From Candidatus Zhuqueibacterota bacterium (lineage in GTDB: Bacteria > Zhuqueibacterota > Zhuqueibacteria > Oceanimicrobiales > Oceanimicrobiaceae), in NCBI GenBank assembly GCA_029262055.1, contig JAJDAD010000009.1:29297-93296 (forward strand): a DNA stretch of 64,000 bases, given 5' to 3'. Shown piece after piece: positions 18,016-26,746 of the stretch (its first letter is position 1; each line of letters begins with the position of its first letter). Made by a program: the position numbers and the translations under genes. The notes beneath the pieces were generated by a model. The model made no database searches, had not been told where the DNA came from, and saw nothing but the letters and a program-made list of their open reading frames with translations.

Positions 18016-20850
18016 ATGAAAAGAATACTCCACGTTATCAGCAGTTTGGGCCCGGGCGGCGCTTCGCGCGCAGCCATCGCTATCGCCAAATACTCATCCC
18101 GACTCGAGACAATTCGTCATAGCATCGTTTCCCTACAGGATCCGACTCCCGAAGCTGTCGATCTGGCAGGTGAAGCCGGCATGAATTTTATCCGTTCTTC
18201 TGACCCGAAGGATATTCGGTATGAAATTGAAAAGGCCGATATCGTGCACCTGCATTGGTGGAATTGTCCGAAAGTGATGGAATGGATGTTATCCGATCTC
18301 CCGGAGATGAGAATGCTGGTTTGGTTTCATATCGCAGGTGATTCATCGCCACAGGTCATTACCGACGAAGTGGTTGAGTACGCTGACATGGCATTGGCCA
18401 GCAGCCCACAATCCTATCGCTGTGGCGCTTTCAGTCGTCTGCCGGAACAGGTGCGGCGAGAAAAGACCGACATGGTTTACGACGCAGCAGATTTTCACCG
18501 TTTGCAGGGTTTCTCCCCCAAGAGCCATACGGGGTTCAACGTCGGCTACATCGGGACGGTGGATTTTATCAAAATGCATCCTGACTATGTGAAAATGAGC
18601 GCAGCTGTCGACATTCCCGGCGTCAATTTCATAGTCTGCGGTATGGGGCATACGGACGTGATCGAGCAGCAGGCGCAGCAGCTCGGAGCTGCACAACGTT
18701 TCGACGTGCGCGGGTACGTTCCCGACATTATCCCTGTCCTGGAAATCCTCGACGTCTATGGCTATCCGCTCTGCGAGGAAACATACGCTTCCGGCGAATT
18801 GAACCTGCAGGAGGTGATGCTGGCCGGCGTGCCGCCGGTGGTCTTCCCTTATGGTGGCATCAAAGATCTGGTACAGCATGAAGAAACCGGGTTGGTCGTC
18901 AACAGCAGCACAGAGTACAAAGAAGCTATCGAATACTTGCATCACAATCCCGAAGTGCGCGCCCAATTGGGTCAAAATGCCATGAAATATGCGCAGCGCG
19001 TTTTTGGCGCTGAGAACGCAGCCCACAAGTTGAATCCGATCTATGAGCGCATGATGCAACAGCCTAAGCGGAAGCGTATCCTTAGCGGCAGCTTTGTGCA
19101 GCACAATGGCCTTACTGCCGAGGAATCTGGCGCGCAGGGCGGTGCCGAACTGTTCATTCAATCCCTGGCGGATGCGACCACGAGCAGCATCTTTGACACG
19201 AGCCTTAACGGCTCTGACCCGGAAGAGGTGATAGCAAGCGATGAAAAGATCGTCGCGGCCTCCCACGTTCTGGTTCACAATGGCCTGCGACCCTATAGTA
19301 GCTATTTTGAAAAGGATGGTGCCCTGCATTTCTGGAACGGCCTTGCATTCTACGGCAACGGGGAGTACGATGAGGCGGTACAGGAGTTCGCGCAGGCCAT
19401 CGCACACGGCTGCCGGCACTGGCGGGTCAAAATGTTTCTTGCCCTGGCCAGTTTGAAAGGCGAGGGTACCGCCGCTCAGCCGCTGCAAACGACAGGCGGC
19501 TCAGACTCCAAATCCGCTCAGTGGCTTCATGAGCTACAGCGCCAGGCCCAAGGGTTTCACCACGATTCTACGCCGGGGAGTGAGCAGCCGGACCTAAACG
19601 GGAAACAGGTAGCCGGACAGGAGAAAGAGCAGGCACAAACTGACTCTTCACCTGTGGTGGCTCCCGAGTCAATCCCGGACCAAGCGCCACTGGTGACGGC
19701 AATCGTTTCTGCTTATAACTCCGAACGTCATATGCGAGGCTGCCTGGACGACCTTACGGCACAGACAATTTCTGATCGACTCGAAATCGTTGTTGTTGAC
19801 AGTGGCTCCCCGCAAAACGAAGCGGAGATAGTCCGGGAATACCAGCAAAAGCATCCTAATATCAAATATATCAGAACCGATGAGCGCGAAAGCGTCTACG
19901 CTGCCTGGAACCGGGCAATTCAGGTGGCCCGGGGACAGTTCATCACAAATGCCAATACGGATGATCGCCACCGCAGGGATGCCTATGAGCAAATGGTGGA
20001 CGTGTTGAATCAGCGGCCCGCGGTTGCTCTGGCTTACGCCAACGTCTACATCACCAAAACCGATAATGAGACATTTGAACAGCACACCCGCACCGGTATG
20101 TTTCGCTGGCACGATTTTGATCGCGCCAAACTGCTGGAGGGGTGCTTTATGGGACCGCAACCCATGTGGCGCCGCAGTCTGCACGAACAATACGGATACT
20201 TCGACGATAGCCTCGAGTCGGCTGGCGACTGGGAATTTTGGCTGCGCATCGCCGAGACTGAGACATTTTTCCACATAGATGAATTTCTCGGTTTGTATCT
20301 TGAGTCGCCGAGCGGCATTGAGCACCGGGATTTGCAGCTTTCAGCCAAAGAGGGCAAGGCGATCCAGCAAAAGTACCGTCGGCGGCGTGCACGAAAGTTG
20401 GACGACCTGCTGCAAAGCAGTCGCGACCACATCGACAGCGGTCACTTATTGGAGGGTCTTACGACGCTGTCACAGCTCCTGTATCTGGAACCTGAGCACT
20501 TTGCCGGCCTGTGTTTGGTGGGCGATGTTTGCCTGCAGCAAGGCAATTTGCTGGAAGCCGAGACCGTTTGGAAGCAGGCCCTGGCTTTAAAGCCCGACAA
20601 CAGCGAGCTGCTGGAGAAGATCGCCAAACTCTCGCCGAACGCAAAGTCCGATTTATCCGACCGGTTGGGGCTTGCCAGATCCATGATTCGGAGCGGAAAG
20701 CTCCTCAGGGGATTGGAAGTCTTATCGAGTGTCCTCGAAACATCGCCGCAAAACCGCGAGGCGCTGGCTCTGATGGCGGACGTGTACAACCGGCTGGGCA
20801 AACACGATGATGCTCAGCAGGTCTTACAGCTTGCCGAATTTGCCCATTAG
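18016..20850 (+). CDS. Multidomain glycosyltransferase: GT1 (GT-B) + TPR-like + GT2 (GT-A) + C-terminal TPR
   Basis: N-terminal MKRILHVISSLGPGGASR..ETYASGELNLQEVMLAGVPPV (GT1). VTAIVSAYNSERHM..VVDSGSPQNE..NTDD (GT2, ~19690-20350). C-terminal TPR text LLEAETVWKQALALKPDNSELL. Confidence 0.8.
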   Translation: MKRILHVISSLGPGGASRAAIAIAKYSSRLETIRHSIVSLQDPTPEAVDLAGEAGMNFIRSSDPKDIRYEIEKADIVHLHWWNCPKVMEWMLSDLPEMRMLVWFHIAGDSSPQVITDEVVEYADMALASSPQSYRCGAFSRLPEQVRREKTDMVYDAADFHRLQGFSPKSHTGFNVGYIGTVDFIKMHPDYVKMSAAVDIPGVNFIVCGMGHTDVIEQQAQQLGAAQRFDVRGYVPDIIPVLEILDVYGYPLCEETYASGELNLQEVMLAGVPPVVFPYGGIKDLVQHEETGLVVNSSTEYKEAIEYLHHNPEVRAQLGQNAMKYAQRVFGAENAAHKLNPIYERMMQQPKRKRILSGSFVQHNGLTAEESGAQGGAELFIQSLADATTSSIFDTSLNGSDPEEVIASDEKIVAASHVLVHNGLRPYSSYFEKDGALHFWNGLAFYGNGEYDEAVQEFAQAIAHGCRHWRVKMFLALASLKGEGTAAQPLQTTGGSDSKSAQWLHELQRQAQGFHHDSTPGSEQPDLNGKQVAGQEKEQAQTDSSPVVAPESIPDQAPLVTAIVSAYNSERHMRGCLDDLTAQTISDRLEIVVVDSGSPQNEAEIVREYQQKHPNIKYIRTDERESVYAAWNRAIQVARGQFITNANTDDRHRRDAYEQMVDVLNQRPAVALAYANVYITKTDNETFEQHTRTGMFRWHDFDRAKLLEGCFMGPQPMWRRSLHEQYGYFDDSLESAGDWEFWLRIAETETFFHIDEFLGLYLESPSGIEHRDLQLSAKEGKAIQQKYRRRRARKLDDLLQSSRDHIDSGHLLEGLTTLSQLLYLEPEHFAGLCLVGDVCLQQGNLLEAETVWKQALALKPDNSELLEKIAKLSPNAKSDLSDRLGLARSMIRSGKLLRGLEVLSSVLETSPQNREALALMADVYNRLGKHDDAQQVLQLAEFAH

Positions 20851-21079
20851 TTTCTTACCAACATTTCTCACTTCGGATAAAAGGTCATTCTGAACGCAAA
20901 TTGACGGATTGTTCAGTCAAGAAATCCATTGCAGCGCGAAGGATCTTCGAGTGGGTGGGAGATTCTTCGCACACAGTTGGTCCCGGGCACAAACACAGAA
21001 TTCGGCACCGCGTGCTTAGAATGACTTCTAAATAATTGTTTAGAAGGTAGATATACAAGTGAGAAATGTAAGTTTCTTA
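20849..21079. repeat. MITE-like / structured element: 9-bp direct repeats flanking 12-bp terminal inverted repeats and nested internal inverted repeats
   Basis: Direct repeat AGTTTCTTA at 20849-20857 and 21071-21079. ACATTTCTCACT (20861-20872) versus AGTGAGAAATGT (21058-21069). Inner pairs: GTCATTCT/AGAATGAC, GCGAAGGATCT/AGATTCTTCGC, CTTCTAAA/TTTAGAAG. Confidence 0.4.
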
Positions 21080-21271
21080 GCTTTCTGATAAACGCGGGAG
21101 CACCGGAGTTCTATTCAGCAATCGCTCTTGATGTTGCAGTTGTGTCTGTGTCTGGCCGGGGTTCTCCAAGAGGAGAGTCTCTCTGACGATGGGTGAATGT
21201 TTGATTTGGGCGGACAGTTAGAGCCCGTGGGGTTCAGTTTCGATATTCTAGGACTTTTTTGGAGGGAAGTA

Positions 21272-21298
21272 GCAAGATAGATTCGTCCTTTCCGATAA
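21272..21298 (+). promoter_or_regulatory. Candidate sigma-28 (FliA)-type promoter upstream of fliS
   Basis: gCAA-N15-TCCGATAA versus consensus TAAA-N15-GCCGATAA. Lies ~60 nt upstream of the fliS ATG. Confidence 0.4.
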
Positions 21299-21359
21299 TC
21301 AGAGTAGAAAAACCCTCCAGGACGGAGTACCCCCGGAAAAAACAGTCAAGGAGCGCTAA

Positions 21360-21698
21360 ATGGTAGATCAGCAAAGTCTATATAACACCAAACGAGCAAG
21401 CAATCCTTATGTTGCGCAAACCGTTCGAACGGCGTCTAAAGAAAAATTGATTCTAATGCTCTATCAGCTTGGTTGTCAAGCTTGTGCCAGGCATGACGCG
21501 GCGAAGGCTAATCGTGTGTTGTCCGAGCTGATCGCGGCCCTTAACTTCGAATACCGCGAAATGGCCATCAGGTTTTTTGACCTGTACCGCTACGCGCTCG
21601 ACGAAGTCAATGCAGGAAGGTTTACCGAAGCACAGAATATTCTTAAGTCTCTCAGTACAATGTGGGATGGTGCTTTGGTAAGTTGTCCTAAGCAGTAA
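21360..21698 (+). CDS. fliS: Flagellin-specific export chaperone FliS
   Basis: NPYVAQTVRTASKEKLILMLYQ..LIAALNFEYREMAIRFFDLYRYALDEV..LSTMW fits the FliS pattern. AAGGAG RBS. Confidence 0.85.
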   Translation: MVDQQSLYNTKRASNPYVAQTVRTASKEKLILMLYQLGCQACARHDAAKANRVLSELIAALNFEYREMAIRFFDLYRYALDEVNAGRFTEAQNILKSLSTMWDGALVSCPKQ

Positions 21699-21712
21699 CG
21701 ATAGGTGAAAAA

Positions 21713-23203
21713 ATGGGCATCGACCTTTTCGTAAATCCTAACTCTTCCATAGAAGCCTTTATTGAAACGACATTGCGGCTGGAGGCCAGGCCCAGGTTTG
21801 CCCTGCTGGACCGCAAGGAATTGTTTACCAACCGTGGGAAGGCGCTCACGGACCTGGAGTCTAAACTGTCGAAACTCCATTCTCTCGCCAAACGCCTGAC
21901 CGATCCTATTACGGACCACTTCAGCGCCAAGTCGGCCGCCGCAAGTGACGCCGACAAGTTTACGGCCACGGCGGACTCCGGTGCTCTGGTGGGAAATCAT
22001 GATGTTGAAATCGTTCGGCTGGCGACTTCGGACACACGGGTTTCGCAGCAGTACACTTCTACATCGACTGACCTACGCAGTTTTTTTGACACCAATGGTA
22101 GCCAGACTTTTCAAATTGATGTGGGACATCCCATCACTGGAGACAGCAGTAACCGCGTTTCGATCTCGGTGACTGTTAATCCTGTCGGCGTTGACAACGA
22201 CTCGATCATGGATGCGATTGCGCTCGCCGTGAACGATGCCATGAGCGCTGCAGTGACGGCAGGTACCATAAAAGCCGACGAAAAGGCCTCGGCTTCGGTT
22301 GTGCATGAGACCGGTGGCACCAGCAGGATGATCTTTAAGAGTGCCAAGTCGGGCTTTGCGAACCGCCTTACCTTCACCGATTCGGCCAACAGTCTGCTAT
22401 CAACGACCCAAATCAGCACCAACGCCGCAACGTCCGGCACGTCCGGTGGTTATGTCACCACCGTCGGGACATCAGCTTCTGACAGCCAACTGAACTCGGA
22501 ATTGAAGGTCGATGGCTTGACATTTTATCGTGACGGCAACAGTATCAACGACATTCTCGATGACGTTACCTTGACGCTAAAAGACGTCACGACCACCACC
22601 GAGAGCCTTGAAATCAAAGTTGATACTGAAAAAGTAAAAGCAGAGTTAGAGGATATCATCGGGGCTTACAATGATGTGATTTCCTTTATCCGGTCGCAGA
22701 CAGGGGTGGATGCTGACACTAACACGCGTGGAGCCCTGGCCGGCGACAGCACCTACCGTGGCTTAAGGTCAACGTTGCGCAACGTCTTTACCGGCCTTAT
22801 TTCTTCTGTCGCTTCCGGAAATCCTGGGTCTGTGTTTGACATTGGCATAACCTCAAGCAATGATGGTACGCTCAGTATTTCCGATACGGCTGAGTTTGAA
22901 GCAGCTTTGACGGATGGGGCCGACCGGGTTTCGGATGTGTTCAATTCGTCCAACGGAATTGCCACGCAATTGAAGTCTCTGCTTGAAACGTATGTCAAGG
23001 TTGGCGGTGTTATCGATGATAGTCAAAGAAGCCTCGATGATCGTACACGAACAATCGATCGCCGGGTTTCCACTTTCGATGCGCGCCTGGCGAGGAGGGA
23101 AGTTGAACTCCGGGACAGGTTTGCCAGAATCCAGGGAGCCTCACAGGCTTTTGGTGCGCAACTGTCGGCATTTAACAGCATATTTTCAAGCTTTAGATTT
23201 TAA
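21713..23203 (+). CDS. fliD: Flagellar filament cap protein FliD (hook-associated protein 2)
   Basis: N-terminal heptad region (RPRFALLDRKE..LESKLSKLHSLAKRL). Ser/Thr-rich centre. C-terminal LDDRTRTIDRRVSTFDARLARREVELRDRFARIQ. Confidence 0.85.
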   Translation: MGIDLFVNPNSSIEAFIETTLRLEARPRFALLDRKELFTNRGKALTDLESKLSKLHSLAKRLTDPITDHFSAKSAAASDADKFTATADSGALVGNHDVEIVRLATSDTRVSQQYTSTSTDLRSFFDTNGSQTFQIDVGHPITGDSSNRVSISVTVNPVGVDNDSIMDAIALAVNDAMSAAVTAGTIKADEKASASVVHETGGTSRMIFKSAKSGFANRLTFTDSANSLLSTTQISTNAATSGTSGGYVTTVGTSASDSQLNSELKVDGLTFYRDGNSINDILDDVTLTLKDVTTTTESLEIKVDTEKVKAELEDIIGAYNDVISFIRSQTGVDADTNTRGALAGDSTYRGLRSTLRNVFTGLISSVASGNPGSVFDIGITSSNDGTLSISDTAEFEAALTDGADRVSDVFNSSNGIATQLKSLLETYVKVGGVIDDSQRSLDDRTRTIDRRVSTFDARLARREVELRDRFARIQGASQAFGAQLSAFNSIFSSFRF

Positions 23204-23211
23204 GGTTACCG

Positions 23212-23604
23212 ATGCGAAATCTTGAGGACAGGCAAGTGGCTATCGAGCAGGACCTGCGTGCCATTCTTTCCCTTACCAGGGAAACCAGGCGCCTGTTTGA
23301 GGAAGAGAGTTTTGAGCGGCTGTTTGCGGAGATTGCGCAGCGCGACGAGAAACTGCGGGCGCTTGCGCAAGAAATTGAGAAACTTGACGATGATGAGAGG
23401 GCGTGCCTGTTTGATCGAAAGCCATTACGTGATTTGATTCAACAGATCAAAACAATGGATGTTGATAACATGGAGGTTATCAATCTCGCTCTGACCAGCA
23501 TCTCTGATTCGATTGTTGAAATAGGACAGAAGCGAAAGGTAATTAAGGATTGGCGAAACGTGTCGTCTGCAAGAGCGAAGCAATTAATCGACTTTACTTA
23601 CTAG
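23212..23604 (+). CDS. Small helical protein, possible flagellar export chaperone (FlgN/FliT-like)
   Basis: Call rests only on position between fliD and flgM, its size (130 aa) and coiled-coil-like composition. Confidence 0.3.
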   Translation: MRNLEDRQVAIEQDLRAILSLTRETRRLFEEESFERLFAEIAQRDEKLRALAQEIEKLDDDERACLFDRKPLRDLIQQIKTMDVDNMEVINLALTSISDSIVEIGQKRKVIKDWRNVSSARAKQLIDFTY

Positions 23605-23652
23605 TCAGGAGAGTCATGTTGGTTAAGTTAGAATAACCTTACAGGCAATGTT

Positions 23653-24003
23653 ATGAAGATCCAAGATATTTACGGTCCAAATTCTCCGGGACGAACTGAT
23701 AAATCGTCCAGCGCGATAAGAGAGACAAAGGTCCAGAAGAAGAAAGAGCAAAATCAGGCTGCCGCCGGCAACAAAGTCGATCAGGTCGAGATTTCAAGCG
23801 AAGCAAAGGAGCTTCAGAAATCTTCCAGTGAGCCTGCGGTTGCACGAGATTTGCTGTCAAATCTTCCTTCGACCCGGGCACATGTGATTTACGAAGCCTT
23901 GGCTAAGATCAAAGCAGGCTTGTATTCCAGTGACGAAATTGCCGAAGAGGCTGCTGCAAAGCTTCTTGGCAACGGTGAACTGGACGATTTGATTCGGCCC
24001 TGA
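23653..24003 (+). CDS. flgM: Anti-sigma-28 factor FlgM
   Basis: 116 aa. Disordered Lys/Ser-rich N-terminal half. C-terminal KIKAGLYSSDEIAEEAAAKLL resembles the FlgM sigma-binding helix. Flagellar context. Confidence 0.6.
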   Translation: MKIQDIYGPNSPGRTDKSSSAIRETKVQKKKEQNQAAAGNKVDQVEISSEAKELQKSSSEPAVARDLLSNLPSTRAHVIYEALAKIKAGLYSSDEIAEEAAAKLLGNGELDDLIRP

Positions 24004-24488
24004 GCTAGGCCCGGCTCAAGAAACGCGTTCCCATCTATCCGGGAAAACAACCCGTTTTCTCCAGCGGTTTCGTACGTCTTGTTTGATTCTCTCACCCGCT
24101 CTTAAGATCCCCAACTCAGCTCACATTGTCAAAGTCTCGAGCTACTCTTCTCCGGAAGTGGTTGTCCCTTGTTTTGTGGTGTTTCAGCTACAAGCTAAGT
24201 GGCGTTAGCCTGTGGGTATTGTCAGTGTTAGATTTTGGAAGGAAGTGTTATGGCAATAGCGGCCGAATGCAGGTGCGGACTATGCGTTTGCTGCCCCAAA
24301 AGGCTGATATACTGAGTCCTCGCGGGCAGACTGCGCTGCCTCTTCTTTGGAAGCCACCGATTCGCTGACTTGCAACTATGGTGTGACGGCGTTCGTCAGA
24401 GCGCCGGCTTCAGCCAGGTTTCGTTGCCGCTGCCAGGACCATCGTCTGGCCGAACGGTGGAGATCCGGGTGCCCTTTCTTCAGGCGGA

Positions 24489-24845
24489 TTAGGACACTTC
24501 TTTGGCTATTTCTGACTTGACGATTTGAAATTCGTCCGCGATGCTGCTCATGAGAGCGGCGGCTTCGCTTAACTCATCTTTTTTGCCGAGTTCTTCTAAC
24601 TGCCGGAAAAGGGTCGCTATCCTGGGTGCGCCGATATTGCCGCTGGCTCCTTTCAACGTATGAGCTGTCTTGACGACGGTGACTTCGTCCTCGCTATTGA
24701 TAGCCTGCGAGAGATCTTCCAGGCTACAGTGCGTGCTGGTGATATATTCAAGAAGCAAGTCTTTGAGGAAATCCGGGTCTTCTTCGTCTGCCAGCTCTCG
24801 CAGTGCTTCAATGACTTCGGGGTCTAGCGGTGTTTGTTCAGACAT
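24489..24845 (-). CDS. Stand-alone histidine phosphotransfer (Hpt) protein
   Basis: HTLKGASGNIGAP motif; 118 aa. Confidence 0.85.
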   Translation of the reverse strand: MSEQTPLDPEVIEALRELADEEDPDFLKDLLLEYITSTHCSLEDLSQAINSEDEVTVVKTAHTLKGASGNIGAPRIATLFRQLEELGKKDELSEAAALMSSIADEFQIVKSEIAKEVS

Positions 24846-24869
24846 TGTGATGCCTCATTATTGGGTCCA

Positions 24870-26078
24870 TTAGGTTAGTTCCAAAGCCAACAGAGAGATG
24901 TCATCATTCAGGGTCGCCTCACCGGCCCACTGCTCTACTTTTTCGACGGCCCTGGATAGGCTTTGGTTAAGGGGAATCTCCAGGTCGTCAGTCAAAGACC
25001 GGACAAAGCGTTCTGTCGTAAACTGTTCCTGGTTCGGGTTTATCGCTTCATTAATTCCATCGGAGTAAATAAAAAGCCGGTCACCCGCATTGAGCCTAAC
25101 GGTTCGCTCCTCATATTGGAACTCTTCGGAGAAGCCGATTGGTAAACCCGTGTTATCAAACGACTCAGGCTTGCCGTTCTTGAATAGAATAGAATTCGGG
25201 TGACCTGCTGACACAAAAGTAAATTCTTTCGTTTCAATATTCAGAATACCGTAAATAATGGTAAAGTATTGGCCTGATTCTATGTCAATCGCAAATTGAC
25301 GATTGAGTTTGTCGGCCACTTCCGCGGGAGAACTGATACGGTAAGTGCCGGGCGTTTCACCTTTTTTTCGCAGAATGTTCGAGTCCTCGGCACCTAGTGA
25401 CAAGATTCGGCTCAATGTGACGGACAGCAAAGCTGCGCTGACGCCATGGCCGCTTACGTCCAGCAAGTAAAGAGCGAGGTGTTTTTCGTCCAGGGGGAAA
25501 ACATTCAGGGTGTCGCCGGCCAGCTCATCGCACGGTTTGTACAGCCATTCAATATTGAGGTCCGGGACCTGCGGGATATCATTGGGCAGGAGTGTTTGCT
25601 GAATCCTGGCAGCCGCCTGCAAGTCGTGCTTCATGCTGGCATTGACTCTCTGCAGGCCTTGGTTGGCGGTCTCTAGCAATCTCGCTTTCTCCTGCAAATT
25701 TTCTTCCAGTCTCAGAATTCTCTCTCCGGACTGCAGGCGGGCCAGCAGTTCGTTCTTGTCGAACGGCTTGGTCAAGTAGTCGTCAGCGCCCGCCTCCATT
25801 CCTGCCACGATATCCTGAGTCTCTGATTTTGCCGTTAGCAAGATGGTGAAAACATAGCTGCCGGTGTCTTTTAGGCGTAGCCGCTTGACCACTTCGACAC
25901 CATCGAGACCAGGCATCATCCAGTCGAGAATTGCGAGAGGCGGCGCATCTTCACCCCGCAAAATCCGCCACGCGGTCAAGCCATCTGCCGCGCTGATAAC
26001 TTCATAATTAAGCCTGGTCAGAGTCTTTTCCAATATTTGACGCGAGACCGGCTCGTCGTCTGCCACAAGTACTTTCAT
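24870..26078 (-). CDS. Response regulator with PP2C/SpoIIE-type phosphatase output (RsbU/HsbR-like)
   Basis: MKVLVADDEPVSRQ..LDWMMPGLDG..TKPF receiver. Coiled coil. AARIQQTLLP..ELAGDTLNVF..LLDVSGHGVSAALL PP2C. ATGA overlap with the upstream gene. The track ORF extends to 26216. Confidence 0.85.
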   Translation of the reverse strand: MKVLVADDEPVSRQILEKTLTRLNYEVISAADGLTAWRILRGEDAPPLAILDWMMPGLDGVEVVKRLRLKDTGSYVFTILLTAKSETQDIVAGMEAGADDYLTKPFDKNELLARLQSGERILRLEENLQEKARLLETANQGLQRVNASMKHDLQAAARIQQTLLPNDIPQVPDLNIEWLYKPCDELAGDTLNVFPLDEKHLALYLLDVSGHGVSAALLSVTLSRILSLGAEDSNILRKKGETPGTYRISSPAEVADKLNRQFAIDIESGQYFTIIYGILNIETKEFTFVSAGHPNSILFKNGKPESFDNTGLPIGFSEEFQYEERTVRLNAGDRLFIYSDGINEAINPNQEQFTTERFVRSLTDDLEIPLNQSLSRAVEKVEQWAGEATLNDDISLLALELT

Positions 26079-26695
26079 GAAATCGCAGCTATTCTTTTTA
26101 CGAAAGTAATTCTGTTGCCTTTTGGGTTGAAGCGGACTTCGTCCATCAGGTTGTTGATAATCATCAAACCCATGCCATAGGCCGTCCCGGGAGCTTCGGA
26201 CGGGATGTTTGTGCAAGCAAAGCCGCTACCTTCATCTTCTACACTGAATTGTACCTGCCCGCTGCTGACCAGCAAGCTCATCTTCATCCGCCGTGCTGCA
26301 TATTTTGGCAGTTGCAGACGGGTGTCTTTGACGACTTCAAACTTCGTCGTAATACCGTCATCGGAGAATTCATCCTTCCACTCCGACTGCAATTCGAGAT
26401 TTCCGTGTTCGTGGGCATTTAACACTGCTTCCTCCAGCGCTATTGCAAGGTTGTGCATTTCCTCATCTGTGAGATTTGTGCGGCTTAACACCTCATGTAC
26501 TATGTCTTGTAAATGGCTGATGGACAATTCAGCTGATGTTAACCGGAAGTTCAACTTCACTTCGTTGACCACCTTGCAGGGCTCTTCCCTGGGCAGCGTC
26601 TCTTCCTGCTGAGTATCCACTTTGTTCAAGGCTGCTATCAAATCCTTTGCGCCAATCGGGTTCACAAGGTGGCCGCCGGCATAGTAAATCGACAC
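26075..26695 (-). CDS. RsbW/SpoIIAB-like serine kinase (HATPase_c_2) with N-terminal extension
   Basis: ALEEAVLNAHEHGN (N box), VEDEGSGF, GMGLMIINNLMDEV. The track start is GTG. The core begins near VKLNFRLTS, so the true start may be further downstream. Confidence 0.7.
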   Translation of the reverse strand: MSIYYAGGHLVNPIGAKDLIAALNKVDTQQEETLPREEPCKVVNEVKLNFRLTSAELSISHLQDIVHEVLSRTNLTDEEMHNLAIALEEAVLNAHEHGNLELQSEWKDEFSDDGITTKFEVVKDTRLQLPKYAARRMKMSLLVSSGQVQFSVEDEGSGFACTNIPSEAPGTAYGMGLMIINNLMDEVRFNPKGNRITFVKRIAAIS

Positions 26696-26746
26696 GAGCG
26701 CTATGACTTGTTCGTTTGATGCATAGTAAGTGACTGTCCAGAGCAG

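Noticed and set aside
24126-24368. 80-aa TTG-start ORF in the 485-bp convergent spacer between flgM and the Hpt gene.
   Set aside because: It has no RBS, odd Trp/Cys/Leu-rich composition and no motif. The spacer may hold terminators or an sRNA, but I only see weak AT-rich hairpins, for example GAAAAC-N5-GTTTTC near 24047-24063.
24870-26216. Upstream extensions in the ORF track: the 46-codon extension of the RR-PP2C ORF, the 27-codon extension of cheY at 40746-40826, and the TTG extensions at 53178 and 59163.
   Set aside because: The extensions overlap upstream genes, lack motifs, and are followed by canonical ATG starts with RBS or ATGA coupling. The shorter models were adopted.
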